A DNA stretch of 64,000 nucleotides. Source: Bryobacterales bacterium (lineage in GTDB: Bacteria > Acidobacteriota > Terriglobia > Bryobacterales > Bryobacteraceae). The stretch covers positions 20,549 through 84,548 of the forward strand of contig JADKID010000020.1 of the NCBI GenBank assembly GCA_016721425.1, written 5' to 3'. A model generated the notes under the pieces. That model searched no databases. It had not been told where the DNA came from and saw only the letters and a list, made by a program, of their open reading frames with translations. Below are positions 19,633 to 27,778 of the stretch, piece by piece; the stretch's first letter is position 1; each line of letters begins with the position of its first letter. The translations under genes were made by a program, and so were the position numbers.

Positions 19633-20786
19633 AGCGGCAAGGCGATCCGCAGTTGCGAGCCTTGGCCCGGACGCGACGTCAGCACCAGCGAGCCATCGAG
19701 CGAGCGCACGCGCCGTTGAATGCTCTGTGGCCCCATGCCCAGCAGCTCCAGTTCGTCCAGGTCAAACGCACCCGCGAACGCGAATCCCGTTCCGTCGTCT
19801 TCCACGTCGATCTGCAGCGCGCCGTTCCTCCGCGCCACTGAAACCGCCACGCGCGACGCGCCCGAGTGCTTCCACACGTTGTTCAAAGACTCGCGCACGA
19901 TCTGCACAATGTCCGTAGATGCCTCGATGTCGTCGTGCATGGCGCCCGGATCCACCTGAAACGTGGCCGGAATCCCGCTGTCCTTCTGAAAAAATCCCAC
20001 CGTCGCGCGCAGCGCCGTCGCCAGCCCCGCCCCGTCCACTTCCACCGGCCTCATGTTCCGCACAAACGTGCGCACCTCGGTCACCTGGCTGTTGCACACC
20101 TCGCGCAACTGCCGCAGCTCTTCCATGCCGGTCTCGTGATTGCGCTCCAGCATCTTGCGCACAATCTCCAGCCGCATCTGCACACTGATGAAGCCCTGCA
20201 ACGGGCCGTCGTGAAAATCCGCAGCGATCCGTTCCCGCTCTGCTTCCCGCGCCAACTGCGATTCCATCCGGTAATGAACGGCTTGCCGCGATGCCGCCGA
20301 TAGACGCGCCAGAATGCTCTGCTTCTGCAACGCCACGATGCAGCCAAACATGCCGAGTACCAGCAGCATGGGCTGGAGCCGCTCTGCATTCGGAGACTGG
20401 ATGGAGATTAGGAACGCCAGGCTGAGTACGGTCGTCAGCAGCACTTCCCGCCAGTCCTGCAATGTCGAGATAGCAACGAAGAGATAGAAGGCCGCCAGCA
20501 GACTCAGCCAGAACGAAGTGGCATCGCCCAAAGCCACGCACAGCAGAAACGTACTCAGATCCAGGCAGAGCTGCAGGATTCCGTAGCGGTCCACGCGCTC
20601 CGGCCAGCGCCAGAAGATCGACACCAGGCTGTAGACCACCAGGGTGGACGCCAAAAGAATCCACGTGGCCGGTGTCGTTCCGCTCGATGCCAGCACCACC
20701 CAGAGACACGCCGAACCCACCAGCGCCCGCATGAAGCTGAGGTAGCGCCGCCACAGGTACGGCAGGACAATTTGGTCGGCTACCAC
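19629..20786 (-). CDS. Membrane sensor histidine kinase, HisKA_3 (NarX/LiaS-type) class
   Basis: 385 aa with several N-terminal TM helices. It has the H-box ERERIAADFHDGPLQ and HATPase_c motifs ESLNNVWKHSGA and EDDGTGF. Confidence 0.88.
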   Translation of the reverse strand: MVADQIVLPYLWRRYLSFMRALVGSACLWVVLASSGTTPATWILLASTLVVYSLVSIFWRWPERVDRYGILQLCLDLSTFLLCVALGDATSFWLSLLAAFYLFVAISTLQDWREVLLTTVLSLAFLISIQSPNAERLQPMLLVLGMFGCIVALQKQSILARLSAASRQAVHYRMESQLAREAERERIAADFHDGPLQGFISVQMRLEIVRKMLERNHETGMEELRQLREVCNSQVTEVRTFVRNMRPVEVDGAGLATALRATVGFFQKDSGIPATFQVDPGAMHDDIEASTDIVQIVRESLNNVWKHSGASRVAVSVARRNGALQIDVEDDGTGFAFAGAFDLDELELLGMGPQSIQRRVRSLDGSLVLTSRPGQGSQLRIALPL

Positions 20787-20806
20787 GGGTGATACCTCTT
20801 CCGCGA

Positions 20807-21343
20807 CTAGCGCACGTACAGATACAGCGTGTGGCTGCGGCCCTCGCCGTCATCCTCCACGTGCTCTTCCTTCACTGGAGTCCAGCCCTGGAACATAAAG
20901 TCGTGGGCCACAATGCGTGTGCCCGGCTTCAGTTGCTTTTCCAACATCGGCCGGATCTTGTCGTTCGAACTGGGCAGCAGATAAACCGCCAGCATGTGAG
21001 CGGGCGAGAAATCCTGTTTCAGAATGTCCCCGTGGATGATGCGCGCACGCTTCTCCAGCCCCAGAGCCTTGATCCGGTCTGAAGACTGCTTGTACAGATC
21101 GGCGTCGTACTCCACGCCTGTGGCGTCGGCCTTGAATTTGTCGGCCGCCATGATTACCACGCGCCCATCGCCGGAGCCCAGGTCAAACATCTTCTCGCCC
21201 GGTTTGAGTCCGCCCAGCTTCAACATACGTTCCACCACCGTCTCCGGCGTGGGGTAGTAGGGGGCCAGTTTCTCCGTGTTCTTCTTCTCCTGTGCCAACA
21301 GCGGCAGCAATGCGGCAGCCAGCAGTAACAGTCGGCGGGTCAT
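20807..21343 (-). CDS. Class I SAM-dependent methyltransferase with N-terminal signal peptide
   Basis: I prefer the ATG at 21343 (MTRRLLLLAAALLPLLAQE), which has a GAGGAGAG-type SD upstream, over the ORF-track start at 21604, which overlaps the upstream gene. Motif I is FDLGSGDGRVV. Confidence 0.75.
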   Translation of the reverse strand: MTRRLLLLAAALLPLLAQEKKNTEKLAPYYPTPETVVERMLKLGGLKPGEKMFDLGSGDGRVVIMAADKFKADATGVEYDADLYKQSSDRIKALGLEKRARIIHGDILKQDFSPAHMLAVYLLPSSNDKIRPMLEKQLKPGTRIVAHDFMFQGWTPVKEEHVEDDGEGRSHTLYLYVR

Positions 21344-21366
21344 AGGCAGGAATCTCTCCTCTTCGA

Positions 21367-23262
21367 TTATTGCGCGACGATCATGCGGACACGATTGCTC
21401 GGTGTGCCCGCCGCTTCCAGCAACAACTCCGAGGCGCCAGCGTTGAGCAGTTCCGGCAGTTGGAGCTCCACCAGGTAATAGCCGATATAGCCCGGCGCCA
21501 GTGTGGCGCGCGTCACTTCCAGGGGGATTGTGTCGAGCGAGGCGCGCATCGCCGCGGTAACCCTCGGGGCATCCTCCAGCGGTGCAGCCAGGCCCGTGGG
21601 CCATGCCGGCTGCACTCGACCGAGTCCGCTCATCAGGATCTGCACACGCATCCCCGGCCGCGCCGGGTGCATCGCGTCCAACTGCACTCCGCTGTCGGCA
21701 TCGATCAACATCGGCGAGCCGTCCCGGTCAATCAGGATCGATGGCGCTACGCTCTGCAACGGCAGCCCGAACGCAACCCTGCCCTGCGCCGAGGTGACAA
21801 TCAGTTGCAGTGAATCGCCCGCGCTCTCAAAGGGGATCTGGATCTGCGATTCCTGGTCGCTCGCTGCCAGCACCGGCGCCTGCACGCTGTTCGCCATAGC
21901 GCCAGTCACGCGAGCGCCCAGCACGCTGAGCAGCGCTCCCGGCGCCGCCGCGCGCATGCCGTAGTCGGCCGAGTGCACCACCTGCGGCTGCCTGTTTCTG
22001 TGCGGCGCCAGTGTCGCGTATACACCATAGCCGTCCAACGCCGCCAGTAGCAGATGCCCCGCATCGTCCAGCCGTACGTCCCTCGCCGGAGCCTCCGGCA
22101 AGCCCGCACTGAATGCCTGCCACGGCGTCGCTGGCGCCGGCGCGCGCAGATCGCCGAGCGTGAAGTAGATCCCCTGCTGCGCGGCGACATAGATAGCGCC
22201 CGTGGCACGGTCTCCCGCCACTCCGTATGCCGGGCCGTCGGGCAGGTTGGACGAAAGATCGTCCCAGAATCCGCCTCCGTTCAACGTTCTCAGCAGACGC
22301 GGCGCGCCCTTCTCTATTGAGGAAATGGCGGCTAACGCGAAACCGCGGTCCGCCGGATCGATCCAGATTCGCGCAACAGCGCCGGAATTCGGCTGCGCCG
22401 CCGTCGCCCGCCAGGATTGGCCGCCATCCGGGCTTACCCATAACCGCCCATCGGCCGCGCCCGCATAGGTGGTCTCGCCGGACTGCGCCACGGCTGTAAT
22501 CTCGGCGTCGAAAAGCTGGGAAAGCGTTCGGCGCACCTGCCGCTCCGCCGTCAGGCTCGTCGCCGGCAGCCTCTGCCAGCCCACGCGCTGTCCGGGCGTC
22601 CATTCCAACTCGCGCAGATCGCTCGCCTCCGCGCCCACCGCGATCCGCAGGCCCCGCGCACCGCTCGGCGCCGCCAGAATCCGCCGCACCGGCAGGTTGG
22701 GCAGCCCTTCGTTCACGCCCTGCCAGGAGAGTCCGCCGTCCGCCGAGAGCCACACGCCCGTTGCCGTCGCCGCGGCCAGCCTCATCGCGTCCGTCGGGTC
22801 GATAGTGATGTCGCGCACCGCGCCGCCCAGCAACGAACTGCCTCGGAACGCCGTCAAATTCGTCCAGTTCAAGCCGCCATCGTCACTCCGCCAGGCGTCT
22901 TCACCGGCGGCGTAAACTACACCCGGATTGCTGGCCGCTGCCCGCAGCACCGCGCCGGCCTCGGGAGCCACGAATTCCGCCGGCGCGGCGGACGCCACAG
23001 TGGGGGCTGCGCCAGTCTCTGCCTGCCAGGCTTCCAGGTCAGCCGACGAGAACGAGCGTCCACCCGGCAACTGCACAAAGAGCCGTCCGTCGGCGCCAAA
23101 CCACACCCGCTCCGCGGGCCCGCCCGCCGGTGACGCCAAGCCCAGCAACTGCGTCGAGTTACCAATCCGCCGCCATTGGGCAGACGCCGTCGGCATCAGC
23201 GTCACCAGGGCCAGTAGCCCCACCGTCGCTGCCCGATTCCGGATTGTGTCCCGCTGACTCAT
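21367..23262 (-). CDS. Secreted BNR/Asp-box (Ycf48/sialidase-like) beta-propeller protein with a Solibacter-type C-terminal domain
   Basis: Asp-box motifs SDDGGLNWT, SADGGLSWQ and SPDGGQSWR are present. From memory, the C-terminal ~200 aa (AAPGALLSVLGARV...QIQIPFES...LAPGYIGYYLVELQLP...SNRVRMIVAQ) resemble TIGR03437 (Soli_cterm). I prefer the start at 23262 (MSQRDTIRNRAATVGLLALVTLMPTASAQ); the ORF-track start is 23340. Confidence 0.75.
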   Translation of the reverse strand: MSQRDTIRNRAATVGLLALVTLMPTASAQWRRIGNSTQLLGLASPAGGPAERVWFGADGRLFVQLPGGRSFSSADLEAWQAETGAAPTVASAAPAEFVAPEAGAVLRAAASNPGVVYAAGEDAWRSDDGGLNWTNLTAFRGSSLLGGAVRDITIDPTDAMRLAAATATGVWLSADGGLSWQGVNEGLPNLPVRRILAAPSGARGLRIAVGAEASDLRELEWTPGQRVGWQRLPATSLTAERQVRRTLSQLFDAEITAVAQSGETTYAGAADGRLWVSPDGGQSWRATAAQPNSGAVARIWIDPADRGFALAAISSIEKGAPRLLRTLNGGGFWDDLSSNLPDGPAYGVAGDRATGAIYVAAQQGIYFTLGDLRAPAPATPWQAFSAGLPEAPARDVRLDDAGHLLLAALDGYGVYATLAPHRNRQPQVVHSADYGMRAAAPGALLSVLGARVTGAMANSVQAPVLAASDQESQIQIPFESAGDSLQLIVTSAQGRVAFGLPLQSVAPSILIDRDGSPMLIDADSGVQLDAMHPARPGMRVQILMSGLGRVQPAWPTGLAAPLEDAPRVTAAMRASLDTIPLEVTRATLAPGYIGYYLVELQLPELLNAGASELLLEAAGTPSNRVRMIVAQ

Positions 23263-23401
23263 CGTCTGCGTCCATTCTACCCGAGAATATCGCCCAGTCT
23301 TCGCATTAAGATTACGTAGGCCGCTGATTTTGTTATACAATCTGCCTTCGGCCTACTGTTTGCATCGCAGTTTTGGTGATAGAGTAGGTCTGTAGGACTT
23401 C

Positions 23402-24214
23402 ATGCAGTTGGTCCAGTCCCAGAGTTTCGGCAATCTTCTCGCCGCGGCGGCGCTGGCAGCCTTCCTTGTGCCTTCGGCACAGGCCCAGTTTTCGTTCGCC
23501 GGCGACAGCGCTGCCAAAGTCGTCACGTTGCAGGGCAGCGTGTCCCTGGCGCGCGATACCGCGCTTTGGGCATTGGCGGCCGGCGATACCATCCAGGTGC
23601 GGCAAGTCATTGTCACTGGTCCCGACGGCTACGCCGCCTTCCAGGTTTCAGACGGCAGCACTTTCGAGGTTTTTCCGAGCTCCCGCGTGACCTTCCGCGC
23701 CAATCCGGGCAGCCTCCGGGATCTTGTCGATGTCTGGCTTGGGCGCATCCGTGTCCATGTCCAGCGCCCCGGCGGCCAGCCTAATCCGAATAAGGTGCAC
23801 ACACCCACCGCCGTCATCTCCGTTCGCGGCACCACATTTGACGTGGGCGTCGATGACGACGACGAAACCACTCGTGTCGCCGTCGAAGAAGGCCAGGTTG
23901 CGGTGGAGCACCGGTTGATGCCGCGCGAAGGCGATCCCAGAGTTCTGAACGGCGGCGACGAGCTCGTTGTCTACCGTAACTCGCCGCTGGCTGCCACGCG
24001 CCGCGTCGACAAGGGCCGTATCATGCAGTACGTGGCCGATGCCGTCTACCAGATCATGTTGCGCACGCCGCGCCTACCCGGTGGTGGCGGTGGCACTGGC
24101 GGCAGCACTGGCGGCAGCGTCCCCACTGGCACCCCAGCCCCCACTCCGCTGCCCGGCGATACTGGAGCCACACCGCCTCCTCCTCCGCCGCCTCCTCCTC
24201 CGCCCGGTAACTAA
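23402..24214 (+). CDS. Secreted FecR-domain-like protein with a Gly-rich and poly-Pro C-terminal tail
   Basis: 270 aa with a signal peptide ending SAQAQ. The FecR-like core reads GDTIQVRQVIVTGPDGYAAFQVSDGSTFEVFPSSRVTF...ISVRGTTFDV. The tail is GGGGGTGGSTGG...TPPPPPPPPPPPGN. Confidence 0.6.
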   Translation: MQLVQSQSFGNLLAAAALAAFLVPSAQAQFSFAGDSAAKVVTLQGSVSLARDTALWALAAGDTIQVRQVIVTGPDGYAAFQVSDGSTFEVFPSSRVTFRANPGSLRDLVDVWLGRIRVHVQRPGGQPNPNKVHTPTAVISVRGTTFDVGVDDDDETTRVAVEEGQVAVEHRLMPREGDPRVLNGGDELVVYRNSPLAATRRVDKGRIMQYVADAVYQIMLRTPRLPGGGGGTGGSTGGSVPTGTPAPTPLPGDTGATPPPPPPPPPPPGN

Positions 24215-24218
24215 CCTC

Positions 24219-25004
24219 GTGCTTCATCGGCTCAGCCTGCTGCTCGCACTCTCAGTGCCGCTCTGTGCCCAGAGCCCGTGGCTCACCCTGTTCGACGGCA
24301 AGACCCTCAACGGACTTGTCGATCCGTGGAAGGGCGTTCCGCCTGGCGGTTCCTGGGTCATTGAGAACGGTGCGCTGAAAGTCAATCCGAAGCCGCGCAT
24401 CGCCGAGGATCTGGTTACTGAGAGAGAGTACGGAGACTTTGAGTTGGAGTTCGAATGGAAGGTCTCGCCCGGCGGCAACACCGGAGTGAAGTACCGCATC
24501 CAGCGTATCCTCTTTGTCGCCGCCGACAAGACCAAGCCTGGTCCGGGCGGTTTTGAGGGCATGTTGGGCCGCGAAATGGCAAACCCCTCCAGTGATCGCG
24601 CTCACCTCTCCCCCACGTCCAGTGGGTTCGAGTACACCATCGGATTCGAGTGCCAGTTGATCGACGACGAGCGTCATCCCGATGCTCGCCGCGATGAGGC
24701 CCACAAGACCGGCGCCCTCTACTCGTTCATCCCCCCCGCCCGCCGCGCCGCGAAACCCGCCGGCGAATGGAACACGGCCCGCATCCTGGTCCGTGGCGCC
24801 GCCTTTGAGCACTGGATCAATGGTGTCCAGGTATTGGCCGGACGGCTGGACGACTCCGCCGTGCACGCCGGCGCCGCCGCTCGCTGGGCTGCCGCTCCGC
24901 TTATCCGGGAGATGCTCACCAAGCCGCGCCCCGCTGGCCCGATCACCTTCCAGCACCACGGCGACGAAGTCTGGTTCCGCGCCATGCGCATCCGAACCTT
25001 CTGA
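24219..25004 (+). CDS. DUF1080 (3-keto-disaccharide hydrolase family) secreted protein
   Basis: I chose the GTG start at 24219 (VLHRLSLLLALSVPLCAQS signal), in frame with ORF 23967..25004. Typical DUF1080 blocks are present: WLTLFDGKTLNG, WVIENGAL, REYGDFELEFEWKVSPGGNTGV, HKTGALYSFIPP, GEWNTARI, and ITFQHHGDEVWFRAMRI. Confidence 0.85.
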   Translation: MLHRLSLLLALSVPLCAQSPWLTLFDGKTLNGLVDPWKGVPPGGSWVIENGALKVNPKPRIAEDLVTEREYGDFELEFEWKVSPGGNTGVKYRIQRILFVAADKTKPGPGGFEGMLGREMANPSSDRAHLSPTSSGFEYTIGFECQLIDDERHPDARRDEAHKTGALYSFIPPARRAAKPAGEWNTARILVRGAAFEHWINGVQVLAGRLDDSAVHAGAAARWAAAPLIREMLTKPRPAGPITFQHHGDEVWFRAMRIRTF

Positions 25005-25041
25005 CCCATCCGCCCCGCACTCTCGCTACACTGGTCCATAA

Positions 25042-25560
25042 GTGATCTTCGCTACTCTCATCGGCCTGCTTCTGGTGCAGGCTCCCGGCATCGCTCCCGA
25101 TTGGGATCTCAAACCCCAGGTCGACAAGATCGGCCCGGAGGTTCAGCGCCTGCGTCCCCTTCTGGATCAGTTGCAGCCTGAAAAATGGCTCGCCGCCGGA
25201 GCGCCCGCCGCCTACGAAAAGCAGTACAAGGATTGCCTCACCAACATCGGCTACGTCCAGAACGCCGCCGGGCGCCTGGCCGCTCAGCCCGCCAAACTCA
25301 CCCTGGCCGTCGAGACTCTGGTCCGGCTGGAGACTCTCATTCAACTCTCCACCAGCGTCAGCCAGGCCGTCCGCCGCTACCAGAATCCAGCCGTCGCCGA
25401 ACTGCTCGAAAGCGAGATCAGCGCCGCCGGAGCCAGCCGAGATTGGCTGCGCCAGCACGTGTCAGATCTCTCCGCGCTCCGGGAGAAAGAGCTGGAAGTC
25501 TCCGAGCAGGAGGCGCAACGCTGTCGCGCGCAGACCCTGAAACAGGGAGGAAAGAAGTGA
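25042..25560 (+). CDS. Hypothetical protein (N-terminal hydrophobic segment, helical remainder)
   Basis: 172-aa ORF with a GTG start. Its stop overlaps the start of the next ORF (GTGA at 25557..25560). Confidence 0.55.
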   Translation: MIFATLIGLLLVQAPGIAPDWDLKPQVDKIGPEVQRLRPLLDQLQPEKWLAAGAPAAYEKQYKDCLTNIGYVQNAAGRLAAQPAKLTLAVETLVRLETLIQLSTSVSQAVRRYQNPAVAELLESEISAAGASRDWLRQHVSDLSALREKELEVSEQEAQRCRAQTLKQGGKK

Positions 25561-25745
25561 ATCCTCAACCACCGCCTGCGCCCGTCAAGCACTGGGTCTG
25601 CAGTATCTGTAGTGAAGCCTCGGAGCGTATTTGCGTCTGGTGTACCAAGGACGCCTGCGAAAACCACCTCTGCGCCAAGTGCCTCCGGTGTAGCGATTGC
25701 TGCGAGTGCGACATGGTTCGCGAACGGAGCATGTCCAACCGATGA
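25557..25745 (+). CDS. 62-aa cysteine-rich (11 Cys) putative zinc-binding miniprotein
   Basis: The GTG at 25557 sits 6 nt after a GGGAGG SD. The translation is VNPQPPPAPVKHWVCSICSEASERICVWCTKDACENHLCAKCLRCSDCCECDMVRERSMSNR. Its stop TGA (25743..25745) overlaps the ATG (25742) of the PIG-L gene. In the ORF track it appears only as the tail of 25185..25745. Confidence 0.5.
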   Translation: MNPQPPPAPVKHWVCSICSEASERICVWCTKDACENHLCAKCLRCSDCCECDMVRERSMSNR

Positions 25746-26512
25746 CCGAACGCATCCTTTGTATTCACGCCCATCCCGATGACGCCGAGCTGCTCGCCGG
25801 CGGAACCCTCGCGCTGCTGGCCAGCCGCGGCCACCAGGTCATCATTGCCACCATGACTGCTGGCGATTGCGGCACCGCCGAATATACCCCGGAGGAGATC
25901 TCCGCCATCCGTCTCGGTGAAGCCGGCCGCGCCGCTGCCCGAATCGGCGCTGAGCATCACTGGCTGGGCTTCGCCGATCTCGCCATCTTCCTCGATGACT
26001 CCTCGCGCCGCCGCGTCACCGCCGCCATTCGACGTTTTCGCCCCGGTATCGTCCTCACCGCCTCGCCTGCCGATTACCACTGCGACCACGAGGCCACCTC
26101 CAAGCTCGTCATGGATGCCTGTTTCGGTTGCTCCGCGCCCAACTACTACACCCACACGTACGACCCCGCCGGCGCCCTCGATCGCATCCCTCACCTGTAC
26201 TTCGTGGATCCCGTCGAAGGCACGGATCGCGAAGGCCGCCCCATCACTCCCGAGTTCGTCGTGGATGTCGCCGCTCAGATGGACGCCAAGCGTGCCATGC
26301 TTCTCGATCACGAGAGCCAGCGTGCCTGGCTGCGCAAACAGCACGGCATGGATAACTTCGTCGGCTCCATGGAAGAGTGGACCCACGCCCGCGGTGCCCT
26401 GGCCGGTATCCAGTGGGGCGAGGGATTCCGCCAGTACTCCGGCCACGCCTACCCCCGCACCCCGCTATTGCAGGAACTTCTCGCCGGCGCCGTTCACCGT
26501 CTGGCGAAGTAG
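25742..26512 (+). CDS. PIG-L/LmbE-family N-acetylglucosaminyl deacetylase (BshB-like candidate)
   Basis: Start MTERILCIHAHPDDAELLAGG, containing the family-defining HPDD motif. A downstream block reads PADYHCDHEATSKL. Confidence 0.8.
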   Translation: MTERILCIHAHPDDAELLAGGTLALLASRGHQVIIATMTAGDCGTAEYTPEEISAIRLGEAGRAAARIGAEHHWLGFADLAIFLDDSSRRRVTAAIRRFRPGIVLTASPADYHCDHEATSKLVMDACFGCSAPNYYTHTYDPAGALDRIPHLYFVDPVEGTDREGRPITPEFVVDVAAQMDAKRAMLLDHESQRAWLRKQHGMDNFVGSMEEWTHARGALAGIQWGEGFRQYSGHAYPRTPLLQELLAGAVHRLAK

Positions 26513-27750
26513 AGCTGGACCGCACGCTCCAAGTCGGGCTTAGTCACTTGAACCGGACGAGTCTCATACTGGCTGATCGCTGAAATGATGTTCAGAATGT
26601 CCAACGGATAGCAGGCGCGCAACTCCGTGCGCCCGTTGGAGAGGCACAGGTTGCGCAAATACTCGGCGGAGTCGTACTCCGTGGGTACGTTGCGCGATGT
26701 CACCACGCGCTGGTAAATCATGTCGAACACCTGCGGCGATACCGGCTCGATCTCGATCTTGTTCTGAATGCGGCGCAGGAACGCTTCGTCCGCCAGGTCC
26801 GACGGGTCCAGGTTCGTCGAAAACACTACCAGCAGCTCAAACGGGATCTGGAACTTCACGCCGTATCTCAGTGTCAGGTAGTCCACGCGCCGGTCCAACG
26901 GCACAATCCAGCGGTTCAGCAGGTCGCGCGGGCTCATCAGCTGCCGGCCAAAGTCGTCAATGATGAAAATGCCGTTGTTGGCCTTCATCTGCATCGGTCC
27001 TGCGTAAATGCCCGACGATTCGTCCAGGCGCAACTCCAGCATGGAGGGCACCAGTTCGCCGCCCACCACCAGGCACGGCCGTTTGCACAATACCCAGCGC
27101 GGATCCAGGTTCTCGTCGTCCAGCTCGATCCGGTGATGCACAACCGGGTCATACAGGCTGATGATCTGGTTGTCCACTTCCACCGCGAATGGGATCAACA
27201 CGGCGTCCTGATAGACCCGCAGCATCCGTTCCGCAATCGAAGTCTTGCCATTGCCCGATGGCCCGTACAGGAAGATCGAATTCTGCGAGATCAACGCTGG
27301 CCCCAGTTGATCCAGCAACCGGTCCGGCACCACCAGATCCGCGAACGCCGAGCGCAGCGCTCTCCGGTCGATATTCAGCCGCGCCGATTGCCGCTTCGTC
27401 GCCGCGTGATAATCCTTCAACGCCACCGGACACGCGCCCGCATACTGCGAAATCTGAAACCGGTCCGATGCCAGTTGCTTGCCCGCCTGCGAGAGAACGA
27501 ACTGATAGTCGTTCCCGATCATGCCCTTCACTTCGATGATCTGCTGCTGCCGCAACTGCTTGAACACCTGATCGATAATCGGGATCGACAGCCGCAACGA
27601 ATGCGACAGGCCAGCCTGCGTCGTGAACCCCTCCAGCGCCAGCCGCCGCAGCATCAGGTCCGTCACCAGAGACTGCGAGATGCCCAACTCCGTCAGGTTC
27701 TGGGGGACGGACGGAGCGAAGTTCGTGCGCGGGCCGGAGAGAGATGTCAT
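26494..27750 (-). CDS. AAA-type P-loop ATPase with an N-terminal winged-helix-like region
   Basis: 418 aa with Walker A LYGPSGNGKTSIAE and Walker B IFIIDDFGRQ. It overlaps the convergent PIG-L gene by 19 nt. Confidence 0.7.
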   Translation of the reverse strand: MTSLSGPRTNFAPSVPQNLTELGISQSLVTDLMLRRLALEGFTTQAGLSHSLRLSIPIIDQVFKQLRQQQIIEVKGMIGNDYQFVLSQAGKQLASDRFQISQYAGACPVALKDYHAATKRQSARLNIDRRALRSAFADLVVPDRLLDQLGPALISQNSIFLYGPSGNGKTSIAERMLRVYQDAVLIPFAVEVDNQIISLYDPVVHHRIELDDENLDPRWVLCKRPCLVVGGELVPSMLELRLDESSGIYAGPMQMKANNGIFIIDDFGRQLMSPRDLLNRWIVPLDRRVDYLTLRYGVKFQIPFELLVVFSTNLDPSDLADEAFLRRIQNKIEIEPVSPQVFDMIYQRVVTSRNVPTEYDSAEYLRNLCLSNGRTELRACYPLDILNIISAISQYETRPVQVTKPDLERAVQLYFARR

Positions 27751-27778
27751 GACATCATCTCTATCGGCCGGATAAGGG

